This document shows positions 38,648-51,408 of a stretch of 64,000 nt of DNA, piece by piece. Numbering within the stretch: the stretch's first letter is position 1; each line of letters opens with the position of its first letter. Origin of the DNA: Eledone cirrhosa. Taxonomy: Eukaryota. Below the pieces are notes generated by a model. The model was given only the letters and a program-made list of their open reading frames with translations, was not told the DNA's origin and ran no database searches. The stretch spans positions 26,102,001-26,166,000 of the forward strand of contig OZ024756.1 in the NCBI GenBank assembly GCA_964016885.1. Direction: 5' to 3'. The position numbers were made by a program, and so were the translations under genes.

Positions 38648-38905
38648 TCATCATCATTTTACGTCCGTTTTTCCCTGCTTACAAGGGTGGGACGGGAACT
38701 GATTCTGGCTTGATTTCTAAAGCTGGATGCCCTTCCTAACACCAACCTCATTTACAGTGAGTGCTGGGTGCTTTTTTTGCCATGGCGCCTACACGTCCAC
38801 TTTGCAGTGGAATAATAGGGACCCCAGTCCCTATCATCTCATTTCTACAGCTGAGTAAACTGGAGCAATGTGAAATAAAGTGTCTTGTTCAAGGAAACAA
38901 CAAGA
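38648..38905 (-). mobile_element. SINE family A, 5'-truncated
   Basis: Matches the reverse complement of the 7712..8057 body and tail. Confidence 0.85.
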
Positions 38906-39338
38906 CACTTATATATATATATGTATGTAAAAGGTAAACAGAAATAACAACACAATCGGTACAGTATATGGAAGGGATATATTAGATTAACGCTAAAGAA
39001 TATGTGAACATGGTCGAGGACATAGGAACCTTGCTAGTCATGGTGCCATGATAAAATGCACTCAGAACACTCTGTAAAATGGTCGGCATTTTAAAGAGTT
39101 TATAGAATTAGAAACCATGCATGAAAATATGAGTGAGGTGTGGTTCTCTAAATAAGAACTGACTTGGACCACAATAACCAGTCAAACCCATGCCAGCATA
39201 GAAAATGAGCATAAAATATTAGTGATGATATGTGTATATATTATTATATATAGGCATCAATGTGCGTCTGTGTGTATAAATAACATTGCTTTTATATGTA
39301 TGTATGTGTAAATGTGTGTATATGTGTGTATCTATATA

Positions 39339-39617
39339 CAGGGTATCTCCCAAAAATGTACACCCACTTTAACCTTTTAGTGTTCAAACCGGCCAAAATT
39401 CTCTACCTTTTTCTGTTGAAACTGGCTGTAACTGGTCACTCATACTGATGTTAAGGTATTGTTCTCAAAATAAATATTTTCAAAATCTCACAGATTCGAT
39501 ATTATGTGAGATAAAGCATTTACCATGAAAATATAATAGTATATATAAAATAATGTGAATGCTAAAGGGTTAACATAATTATAATCAAAGTGTATATACA
39601 ATTTTTGGGACCTCCTG
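39339..39617. mobile_element. Mariner-type MITE with a nested TTAA MITE
   Basis: Outer TA|CAGGGTATCTCCCAAAAATGTACACCCACTTT...AAAGTGTATATACAATTTTTGGGACCTCCTG|TA; inner TTAA|CCTTTTAG...CTAAAGGG|TTAA. Confidence 0.8.
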
Positions 39618-40024
39618 TATATATATATATGTCATCATCCAGCCGTAAAAAACCTGCCAGAAACAGTTCTCTATGAGTGAAACATGGTCATCTGACCAAT
39701 CTTGCCTCAAGTGGGACAAACTCGTCCAACCCATGCTTGCGTGAAAGATGGACATTAAACGATGATGATATATATATATATAGGTATATATCAGACCATC
39801 CTTATAATAGGACCACCAAATTCCACACTGTAAATGTAATTAGGAAGGGCATTCAGCAGTCGTAAAACCCAGCCAAAACACGATCCCACTATGAACAATG
39901 TATAGCATGGTCAACTGGCCAGACTATTCTCATAACAGGACCACTCAGCTCCCACACTGTAAACATGGTTGGTGTTAGGAAGGGCATCCAGCAGTGTAAA
40001 AACCCAGCCAAAACAAGGTCCCAC

Positions 40025-41012
40025 TATGAGCAATGTACAGCACATTCAACTGCCCAGACTATCCTCATAACAGGACCACCCAGCTCCCAAGATACGGTTC
40101 TGCTATGAACAAGGTACTGTGGTCAACTGGCAAGACTTTCCTCATAACAAGACCACCCAGCTCCCAAAATACGGTTCTGCTATGAACAAGGTACTGTGGT
40201 CAACTGGCCAGACTATCCTCATAACAGGACCACCCAGCTCCCAAAATACGGTACTGCTATGAACAAGGTACTGTGGTCAACTGGCAAGACTTTCCTCATA
40301 ACAAGACCACCCAGCTCCCAAAATACGGTTCTGCTATGATCAAGGTACTGTGGTCAACTGGCCAGACTATCCTCATAACAGGACCACCCAGCTCCCAAAA
40401 TACGGTACTGCTATGAACAAGGTACTGTGGTCAACTGGCAAGACTTTCCTCATAACAAGACCACCCAGCTCCCAAAATACGGTTCTGCTATGAACAAGGT
40501 ACTGTGGTCAACTGGCAAGACTTTCCTCATAACAAGACCACCCAGCTCCCAAGATACGGTTCTGCTATGAACAAGGTACTGTGGTCAACTGGCAAGACTT
40601 TCCTCATAACAAGACCACCCAGCTCCCAAGATATGGTACTGCTATGAACAAGGTACTGTAGTCAACTGGCCAGACTATCCTCATAACAGGACCACCCAGC
40701 TCCCAAAATACGGTACTGCTATGAACAAGGTACTGTGGTCAACTGGCAAGACTTTCCTCATAACAAGACCACCCAGCTCCCAAGATACGGTTCTGCTATG
40801 AACAAGGTACTGTGGTCAACTGGCCAGACTATCCTCATAACAAGACCACCCAGCTCCCAAGATACGGTTCTGCTATGAACAAGGTACTGTGGTCAACTGG
40901 CCAGACTATCCTCATAACAGGACCACCCAGCTCCCAAGATATGGTTCTGCTATGAACAAGGTACTGTGGTCAACTAGCCAGACCCTGCTCATAAGGGGAC
41001 CACCCAGTTCCA
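40025..41012. repeat. 77-bp minisatellite (~12 copies) inside a SINE/RTE tail
   Basis: 'cagctcccaa' at 40081, 40158, 40235 and onward; flanked on both sides by 'aaacatggttggtgttaggaagggcatccagc'. Confidence 0.93.
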
Positions 41013-41209
41013 CACTATAAACATGGTTGGTGTTAGGAAGGGCATCCAGCTGTTAAAAAAAAATACCCAGTCAAAATACAGTTCTGTTTGAGCAAGGTAT
41101 GTCACGGCCAACTGGCCAGACTTGTCTCATAACGTGGACGACCCGTCTAACCCATGCCAACATGAGAAAATAGACATTAAATGGTGATGATGATGATGAT
41201 GATGATATT

Positions 41210-41827
41210 TATATACGTATGTATGTATATATGGATATAGATGCATGGGAGCTTAAATGATGATGGAATATTACAACACATTCAACCAATAAATGTGTGT
41301 ATATATGTATATACATATATACATATATATGTATATATATATATATATATAAATACACATATATATACACACACACACACACATGTATATGTATGTGTGT
41401 GTGTGTGTGTGTATATAGACATGAAAGTGTGTGTCTGCATGCATACATTGGTATGAATAGTTAAAAGTTTAAAGCTAAAATCCTCTTACCGTCTTTGAGT
41501 AGCAGAAACAACTGACTTATATAACATGACTCCAAGAAATAAGCATATATGTATGTATATAAATATATAAATACACATCTGTTTATGTGTGGGTGTATAT
41601 ATATATATATATATGTGTATATATATATATATATAGCCGTCTCTATGTTAGTGAACAAATGTTGTAATTTGTTGAAAACATTTTATAATTCAAAATGTAA
41701 AAACAAATTACAATAAAATGTAAATAGCAAATATTTATATATATATATATACATACATATATAGAGAGAGGGAGTGTGAAAGTAGGATAGCCAAGTGTGT
41801 ATATGTGGAGGGGGTGAACAATATGTA

Positions 41828-41867
<40 letters not shown>

Positions 41868-41906
41868 TACATATTGTTCACCCCCTCCACATATTCACAT
41901 ATGTGG

Positions 41907-41941
<35 letters not shown>

Positions 41942-42077
41942 ACATTTTCAACAAAAGCCCCCTTCCCCCTTACTTTGGAAACATCTTTATTGAAACTACT
42001 ATTGCTTCCAGCCTTTACATATATATGTATGCACACTCACACACATATATATATATATGTGTATATATATATGTATG

Positions 42078-42111
<34 letters not shown>

Positions 42112-42200
42112 CATGTATATACATACAGTCAATCACAAAAACCATGTGTATGCTTGTGTATACATTTACATACATAAACATACATAAACTCAAACATGTG

Positions 42201-42265
<65 letters not shown>

Positions 42266-42317
42266 ACATATGCATTCTGCTGGCATACATATATGTATGT
42301 ATATATATATATATATA

Positions 42318-42383
<66 letters not shown>

Positions 42384-42570
42384 CATATATGTATGCCAGC
42401 AGAATGCATATGTTATTATATATATATATATATATACATACATGTACACATGTTTGAGTTTATGTATGTTTATGTATGTAAATGTATACACAAGCGTGTA
42501 TACATATATATGTATGAAAAATGGTGTGCTGCGTTGTTGCGGATGTGATACATATGAATATATATATATA

Positions 42571-42646
<76 letters not shown>

Positions 42647-42648
42647 CA

Positions 42649-42679
<31 letters not shown>

Positions 42680-42692
42680 GTGTATATATATG

Positions 42693-42730
<38 letters not shown>

Positions 42731-43258
42731 TATATTTGCAGATTACCTGGTGTGGCCCAGGTTTAGAAGCAGTTAAAAATGCATAAGAGCCCACACAGCC
42801 TATGATTTTCAAATAATTTTGAAAATAATTCTTTCTACTTTTGGTACAAGGCCAGCAATTACCCAGTGTATTACTGGTACTTTATTTTATCGACCCCATA
42901 AGGATGAAAGGCAAAGTTAACCTCGGCGGGATTTTGAAAATAATGAAGAATTTGTAGTGACTTAATATTATATTTAACTTTCACATTATCAAGTTGGAAC
43001 ATAACTTAACAAAGATTATATATATATACACTCATGCACATATATATATGTATATGTGTGTGTGTGTGCATGTATATATATATCTATATATGTGCATATA
43101 TATATATATATATATATATGCACATATATACAGTATATATACATGCACACACATAAATATATATATGTGCATATACATATATATATATATATGTGCACAT
43201 ATATACAGTATATATACATGCACACACACACACATACATATATATATGTGCGTGAGTG

Positions 43259-43291
<33 letters not shown>

Positions 43292-43383
43292 TTGTATGTG
43301 TGTATATAACTATATATATGCTTCTATGTATATATATACAGATATATATATATAGGTATATATACATATACACACACATACTC

Positions 43384-43419
<36 letters not shown>

Positions 43420-44025
43420 TTGTATGTGTGTATATAACTATATATATGCTTCTATGTATAAATATACAGATATATATAGGTATATATACATACACACACA
43501 CACTCATATATATATATATGTGTGTTTGTATGTGTGTATATAACTATATATATGCTTCTATGTATAAATATACAGATATATATAGGTATATATACATACA
43601 CACACACACTCATATATATATATATGTGTGTATATAACTATATATATGCTTCTATGTATAAATATACAGATATATATAGGTATATATTCATACACACACA
43701 CACTCATATATATATATGTGTTTGTATGTGTGTATATAACTATATATATGCTTCTATGTATAAATATACAGATATATATAGGTATATATACATACACACA
43801 CACACTCATATATATATATATATATATGTGTGTATATAACTATATATATGCTTCTATGTATAAATATACAGATATATATAGGTATATATACATACACACA
43901 CACTCATATATATATATATATGTGTGTTTGTATGTGTGTATATAACTATATATATGCTTCTATGTATAAATATACAGATATATATAGGTATATACACACA
44001 CACACACTCATATATATATATATAA
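41210..44025. repeat. Complex TA/CA region with two palindromes and a ~100-bp compound repeat (43290-44020)
   Basis: Seen directly. Confidence 0.9.
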
Positions 44026-44489
44026 TGTAGTGTCAAGTTGAAAGAATGGAAGCAGTTTTGGTAGGTTTGTTTGGTTTGGAGAGAGTAAGGAACCAAACTT
44101 CTGACTCACGGGAGACAGAGGAAAGAAGAAGAAAAAAGAAAAGAGAGGAAGGGGTGAGAGAAAGGGTTGTGGTGGCAGTGGACAGAAGTATAGTGGGTGG
44201 GTAGATGGGTTGGGAACGAGAGGGTCTTTAAAGAACAACATCAAATAAGTAGAAGTAATGATATAAAACACTATTACTACTACCACCACCACCACCACTA
44301 CAACTATCACCACCACCACTACTACTAATACTACTACTACTACAAACAATAATAGATAAGGGTGGTAATGAAATGAAGACAGACAGGAAGGAAGAAGGAA
44401 AGAAAGGAAAGAAGGAAAGGAAATGCAATTGTCTTGGGACAAAATGGAAACTAAGTTATTTTAATGGAATAGAATTTATAGACATTATG

Positions 44490-44895
44490 GAGGTGGTGGT
44501 GGTGGTGGTGGCGGCAGTGGCTGGACTTGTGGTGAGGGAGGGGGATGTGTGTGTGGTGGTAATTATAGTAGTAGTGGTAGAAGAAACAGTAGTTGTAGTA
44601 GTAGTAGTAATAGTAGTAGCAGCAGTAGTAGTAGTAGTAGTAGTAGTAGAAGTAATAATAGTAGTAGTAGTAGTAATAGTGGTAGTAGTAGAAGTAATAA
44701 TAGTAGTAATAATAGTAATAGTAGCAGTGGTAGAAGAAACAGTAGTTGTAGTAGTAGTAGTAATAGTAGTAGCAGTAGAAGTAATAATAGTAGTAGTAGT
44801 AGTAGTAGTAGTAATAATAGTAATAGTAGTAGTAGAAGCATCACCCGCAGTAGTAATAGTGGTAGCAGCAATAGTAGTAGTGGTGGTGATAGAAG
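44490..44895. repeat. (GTA)n/(GTG)n compound microsatellite
   Basis: Seen directly. Confidence 0.95.
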
Positions 44896-45231
44896 TGTGG
44901 AAGAAGAAATAGTCAAGCATGGAAGTAAAAAGCGTTGGATATGAGTTACGGCCCTTTACGAACTGAGTTCAGATCCCACCAAAGTAAATTTTGCCTTACA
45001 GGGTGGATAAAATGAAATACCAGTAATGCACTGGTGTCAATTTAATCGACTTTCCCCTTCTCTCAAATTGTTGGCCTTGTGCCTAAATCAGAAACCAATA
45101 TTTAATGGGACACCTTTTATGGGTTAACCTTCAGGTCATAGTCTGAGATACACTTCTGTTTCCCCCTTATGTGTATAGATAGCTGGGAACCACCACTCAG
45201 TTGTCTTTTCTTGACTCCTGCTAAATTACTG

Positions 45232-45400
45232 GTACCGAGACTTCTGGTGTCCTCGGCTCTAGGGCTACCTCCCTACTTACCAACATAGGCACTGAGCTGG
45301 CCAGCTGCAGGTGTGAGCCTCGCGAGTAGGAATGGCTCTTCCATCCTCTGGGGAAACGCCTTCTCCATTCTGTCCGCTGGGGCTGTGAGAAGGCCATTAA
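45232..45400 (+). mobile_element. Second CRE-like RLE retrotransposon 3' fragment
   Basis: ETSGVLGSRATSLLTNIGTELASCRCEPRE*EWLF/ILWGNAFSIL; clearly homologous to 9395-9555. Confidence 0.75.
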
Positions 45401-45906
45401 TATGATTACTTAACCCTTTCATTACCATATTTCTAACTTAACAAGCGCCACATTTGTTTGGTTCCTCCATCTCTCTCTTTCTTTCTTTATTTCTTTTTTT
45501 TTACAACATACATATACACACACTTAACTATAGAAATCATTCATGCTTGACATGGTTTACATATAATGAATAACATACAATGGGCTTCCCTACAGCTTCT
45601 GTCAACTAAATTTCACTTACAATGGTTAGCCCAAAATTAAAATAAAAGACAACTAACTCAAGGTTAGTCTATTTAACAAAACAAAAAACCCCCAAAAATT
45701 CAAAATCAATAACACAAAATAAGTTGTGCTATAAATAATTTATTGTTTATTATTGATTAAATAACAGAATCTCTCCTCCACACAAAAGCATCCATAGTTA
45801 ACAACAACAACAAAATGAACATTTATATAAAATGTGAGATCTTTCTTTCTCCAAATATTTACGTTGAGTCAAGTGTATCCAAGCAGCTTCTAAAGAAACT
45901 TTGCTA

Positions 45907-46064
45907 CAGTGAAATTCCGTTATAACGAAATTCACGAGGTATAAAAAAAAATTTGTAACAAAGAATTCTTTATAATGAGATCAACCTAACACATTGAGCA
46001 TGTGACTAGGGATTGAAAAAAATTTCGTTATACTGAAAAATTCCTTATAACAGAATTTTACCTG
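45907..46064. mobile_element. TA-flanked MITE, same family as 20948..21124
   Basis: TA|CAGTGAAATTCCGTTATAACGAAATTCAC...; right end diverged. Confidence 0.8.
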
Positions 46065-46238
46065 CATATTGACACGCTCCATCGTCACCTTTTCAAAAAA
46101 AGTATATTGTACACAAAACACCAGCATCAACAGTTTTCCAAGAGAAGGCAACATGAACGAACCTGTTATTTTTCTCTAAAAAAATTATTTTCCATTTCTG
46201 TCTTGCCCATCTCCTCAATCTTTCTATTTCTCATTCTT

Positions 46239-46274
46239 TCTTCTGATGAAGGACTAGCGCCCGAAACGTTAAGA
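46239..46274 (+). ncRNA. Minimal type I hammerhead ribozyme motif (Penelope pLTR type)
   Basis: UCUU-CUGAUGA-A-GG(ACUAGCGC)CC-GAAA-CG-UU-AAGA: intact core, 4-bp stem I, palindromic AACGUU stem III. Confidence 0.7.
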
Positions 46275-46384
46275 CTCTTTGTTTACTATATCAAGTGTAA
46301 AACTAATAATATATTTCTTCATTGTACTGCGTCGTTTGCTTTGTTATTTCTGTTTGCCTTTTGCATATATATATATATATATAA

Positions 46385-46576
46385 CAAAGGAATTGTGGTA
46401 AGGAACCAGATGGACCATAACGCACCAGAGTACTCAATACTTAGAGTAGTAGAGTGGGAAATAGGAAAAAGTATGACTCCGATGGCAGAGCTCTAGCTGT
46501 TTCGACGGGTATTACAGTCCAGAAATAGCCGTCGAAACGGCTAGAGCTCTGCCGTCGGGGTCATACTTTTTCCTAT
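46385..46576. mobile_element. (TA)n-inserted element, hairpin family copy 3
   Basis: Body followed by ~52-bp inverted arms at 46461-46576; (TA)n on both sides. Confidence 0.8.
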
Positions 46577-47574
46577 ATATATATATATATATATGTACAA
46601 GCTCACTGAAAAGTCCTTGTGCAAATTTTAATGTTGTAATGTCTGTTATATATCATGATTGTTTTTTTTTTTTCTCAAAGAAAAGGGAGAGAATCATTAT
46701 TTTATGGTTAAATGTCTGTTTTCTTCTTTCATTAGCATATTTCTAATGAAGTCTAATCATGGTCTATGATTTCCAAATAATCAAGAATTTGGAAGGATTT
46801 AACAACATAACATAACAAAGGTTTTTTCATAAAATCATGGCGGAAGTTTTGTATACAAATCTAAACGTTTAACAATATACAGCTTTGTATTATAAAACCA
46901 GGAGCAGTTCCAGTTGGTTTGGTATCAAAAGAGTTAAGGATCAAACAATGCCCTTTCATTAAAATATTTATTTTGTATAATACATGATCTAGTTACGGAC
47001 TATAGGAGTTATTTTTCAGCATGACCAATAAAGTGTTTGTCCCAGAATACACACACAAATGCTAACCATAAGGTTAGAACTAAAGACACAAGGTCCATGT
47101 ATCAAGTTATTTCCATCCATCCAATGCATGATTTGGAAGTACACCGCAATAATATTTATAGCAGATATTAAATTAGTGGGAAAATTCACTATAAGTAACA
47201 GTTTATTGTTCCCCAGTATGGGGAGAGTGATATTTATTTTATTGTAGCAGATGGTTTGTTATGGATGAATTGACATTGATATATATATGGATTGGTATAG
47301 ATATACTGTCATAGATGGACAGTTATAGAACTGGTATTTTAATAGAGACATTTTAAATACTATGCTAAACCTTTCATCTAATTACAGAGTTGAGATTCAA
47401 ACAACACCAACAACAATATTAGCAGGAAGATATCTTGGGTAAATTATAGATAAAGGTCTTTGACAAATTTATCCAGGCATTTGGTTTCTAAAAAAACAAA
47501 AAAATACACATTTTATAAATAATAACAACAGCAGCAAAAATAATTGTTTCTACTTTCAATTTTTTTTCTTTCTA

Positions 47575-48285
47575 ATAATAATAATAATAATAATGAAATT
47601 ATTGTGTACAGTGCTCAGGTGCACTACAACTCATCAAAGGTGCATGTATAGTACATAGAATAATAAAGTGTCAGGAAAATGAACAGTGTATGAGTCATGA
47701 TATAACAACAATAACAATAATGAAATATTGTGTACAGTGCCCAGGTGCACCACAACTCATCAAAAAAGTGCATGTATAGTACATAGGGCAATGCACAAAC
47801 ACCAGTAAAATGAACAGTGCACAAGTCATGATATTGGCACAAGGCCAGCAACCTGAAGGGAAGGGGAAAGACAATTAAATCGACCCCAGTACTTGACTGG
47901 TACTTTATTTTATCAACCTTCAGAAGGATGAAAGGCAAAGCTAACCTTGGCATGATTTGAACTCAGAATATAAATGGCTGTAACTATATGCTGCAAATCA
48001 TGTTGTCTGATGCTTTACTGATACTGCCAGTTCACTACCCTAATAATAATTGTTTCTACTGTTGGCACAAGGCCAGCAATTTTGGGGGAGGGGAAAGTTG
48101 ATTAAATCAACCCCCAGTGCATTACTGGTGCTTTATTTTATCGACCCTGTAAGGATGAAAGGCAAAGCTAACCTCAGCAGGATTTGAACTCAGAACATAA
48201 AGGGCCGTAACTCTGTGCTGCAAAGCATGATGTCTGATGCTGTACTGATACTGCTAATCCACTATGCCTAGTAATAATAATAATT
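47575..48285 (-). mobile_element. Cluster of two CR1-type 3' tails and two family B SINEs
   Basis: 'aatgaaattattgtgtacagtgctcaggtgcactacaactc'-type tail twice, then two 'ggcacaaggccagcaa...gatttgaactcag' copies. Confidence 0.8.
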
Positions 48286-49470
48286 ATGAATTCAATACCA
48301 AATTTATGTACCCCCCCCCCCCCCCCCCAACTTATATTCTCCCCAGTCTCCATCTACACATTGTATAACCCAAACTTATTTGATCATGGAACCCTTATGT
48401 GAATTTACCAAAAATTCAGAGTACCCACACCTATATTTTATGGAGAATCCCTTCAACCACCAACCTAATTTTAATAAGACACTATATGAAACAAACACTG
48501 TTATCGGGAGATAATTTATTCATTAAATATATATATATATAGGTAATTTATTCATTATATATATATCCATCATCATCATTATTTAATGTCTGTTTTCTGC
48601 CTTAGAAAGAATTGACTGGGTCATCACAAATCAAGCCCCCACTTAATTGAAGCCACTGACCTCTCAGCCAAGCAATGAACCACAACTCATACATTCTCCT
48701 ACTTACAGAGTGTATTTTATTGTGGCATCAGCACTAGGAAGGTTGTCATGTCTTTGATATAACTGAAGAATCATCTTGATTTTTTTGTTTAACAATTTTT
48801 TTTTATGACTAGATATACTTCAGAGTGTACTGGGGGTATTTTTCATGGCACCAACATAAAGGAGGTTGTCGTGCCCTTGACACAACTGAGGAGTTCTCTT
48901 AACCCTTAACTTGGTAAATTTTCTATTGCTAGATGCCCTTCCTAATGTCAACCACTTTACAGAGTGTACCGGATGCTTTTTCACCAATGCTAGAGTGGTT
49001 GTCATGTCAGGGACATGATTGTAGGGTCCTCACGACCCTTTGTTTGGTAAGTTTTCTACAGCTGGATGTCCCTCCCTCCTCCCCCATGGCAGTTGCCCCC
49101 TTCCCCACCCACCCACTACACACAATAACATGGTAAAAACACATCAAACATGTTTATAAACACAACAGTTATATATTACAACATTCACATCACATGTAGT
49201 ACGGAGGAAATTGAAAAAAAAAACATGCAGTAGAAACAAACCCCACCTCCTCCTCCTCCTCACCCCACCCTCCACCCCACCACCACCACCACCACCACCA
49301 CCATCACCATTATCAACAACATCAACATACCAATTTCAATCAGACATGATTTAAATGAGTTAAGGAATAAAATAATTTGTAAGACATGCAGTTACTATAA
49401 TGTAAGGAATATATTATATATACATATGTGTGTCTGTTTGTATATATAATATATATTATATATATATATA

Positions 49471-49776
49471 ATCATCATCATCATCATTTTACGTCCACTT
49501 TTCCCTGCTTGCAAGGGTGGGACGGGAACTGATTCTGGCTTGATTTCTACAGCTGGATGCCCTTCCTAACACCAACCTCATTTACAGTGAGTGCTGGGTG
49601 CTTTTTTGCCGTGGCACCTCCACGACCACTTTGCAGACCCTATCATCTCATTTCTACAGCTGAATAAACTGGAGCAATGTGAAATAAAGTGTCTTGCTCA
49701 AGGAAACAACACATCACCCGGTCTGAGAATTGAACTCACAACCTTTCGATTGCAAGGCCAATGCTCTAACCACTAA

Positions 49777-49781
<5 letters not shown>
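49471..49781 (-). mobile_element. SINE family A, nearly full length
   Basis: Reverse complement of 7712..8057 with a small internal deletion. Confidence 0.9.
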
Positions 49782-49841
<60 letters not shown>

Positions 49842-49842
49842 A

Positions 49843-49851
<9 letters not shown>

Positions 49852-49886
<35 letters not shown>

Positions 49887-50520
49887 AAATATTGTGTAGT
49901 GCTCAGGTGCACTACAACTCATCAAAAAGTGTATGTATAGTACATAGGGTAATGTACAAACGTCAGGAAAATGAACAGTGCATGAGTCATTATATACACA
50001 TATAATAATAATAATAATGAAATTATTGTGTACAGTGCTCAGGTGCACTACAACTCATCAAAGGTGCATGTATAGTACATAGAATAATGTACAAATGTCA
50101 GGAAAATGAACAGTGTATGAGTCATGATATAATAACAATAACAATAATGAAATATTGTGTACAGTGCCCAGGTGCACCACAACTCATCAAAAAAGTGCAT
50201 GTACAGTACATAGGGCAATGCACAAACATCAGTAAAATGAAAAGTGCACGAGTCATGATACACACATGTGTGCATGTGTATGGAAGGGGTACATCAGGTG
50301 TAGTTTTGGCGTATTTCAGGAAGCATGAGTGTCTTAAAGGATGCAGTGTCTTGGCAGCTAACAATTGACGCAGGCAGTTTGTTCCATGCTTCAGCAACTC
50401 TGAGCGTGAAAAAATGTCTACGAAAGTCATGGGAGCTGTGCTGTTTTCTGATCTTGTAGGCATGTCCACGTGTGTTAGACACATGGAGATCAAAGAGGCG
50501 CTCAGGGTTGCAATTGGCGA
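49852..50520 (-). mobile_element. CR1/L2-type LINE 3' end with three tandem 3' tails
   Basis: NTRGHAYKIRKQHSSHDFRRHFFTLRVAEAWNKLPASIVS..TASFK, the CR1/L2 C-terminal signature; tails end in (ATT)n. Confidence 0.88.
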
Positions 50521-50588
50521 GATATATATATATATATAATATATCTCTATATATATATAATATATATTATATATATGCAAGTGTGTGT

Positions 50589-50636
<48 letters not shown>

Positions 50637-50679
50637 TAGTGCCAAAAAATGGCCATTAAATGGTGATTATGATGGTATG

Positions 50680-50735
<56 letters not shown>

Positions 50736-51031
50736 ATAGATTATAGGTGTAGAGAATGTAATGGGGGATAGCAAGAGAGAGAGAAGGAAGAGGATAAGAG
50801 GATGTTACACAGAAAGCAGTTAGGCCTGATTATAAGCCAGGGTGAGGTCTGTGCATGTCTGATGGAGGGGAGGAAGATGAAAAGGTCAGCAGCAGTAGCA
50901 GTAAATTATTATTATTATTATTATAATAATGATAGTGATGTTAGAGAGTGATTCAATATAAACATGGTTAAATGATAGCAAAGTATGGGAGTCATGCAGC
51001 AGTAGCAGAGAGAGAGATGAAGAGATAAGAG

Positions 51032-51111
<80 letters not shown>

Positions 51112-51179
51112 CACACACATATATATAAAGAGATGCATGGATGAGTGAGATAAACAGAGAGGCATGAGGAGATAAAAGC

Positions 51180-51210
<31 letters not shown>

Positions 51211-51386
51211 AATAAAATGAGAGGTATGGGTGAGAGATATAGAGAGGCATGAGAGAGATATAGAGAGGCATGAGAGAGAGAGAGAGAGAGAGAGAGTGAG
51301 AAAGGGATGATATATAAATATATATAAATATAAAAAAATAAACAATAAAAAGCTTGTTTGTCGTTGGTCAAAGCTAATTCACTCAC

Positions 51387-51408
51387 CAGTTAAGTCTAGA
51401 ACAACAAC
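51387..51408 (-). other. Candidate 22-nt micro-exon (alternative IDH3G C-terminus, or 5'UTR exon of the EF-hand gene)
   Basis: cccacttctcttcctacag|GTTGTTGTTCTAGACTTAACTG|gtgagt: strong acceptor and donor in unique sequence. Confidence 0.45.

Noticed and set aside
35294-44944. Many YIYI, CVCV, poly-T/S/L/V ORFs (also at 23-25 kb and 50-51 kb)
   Set aside because: Microsatellite translations.
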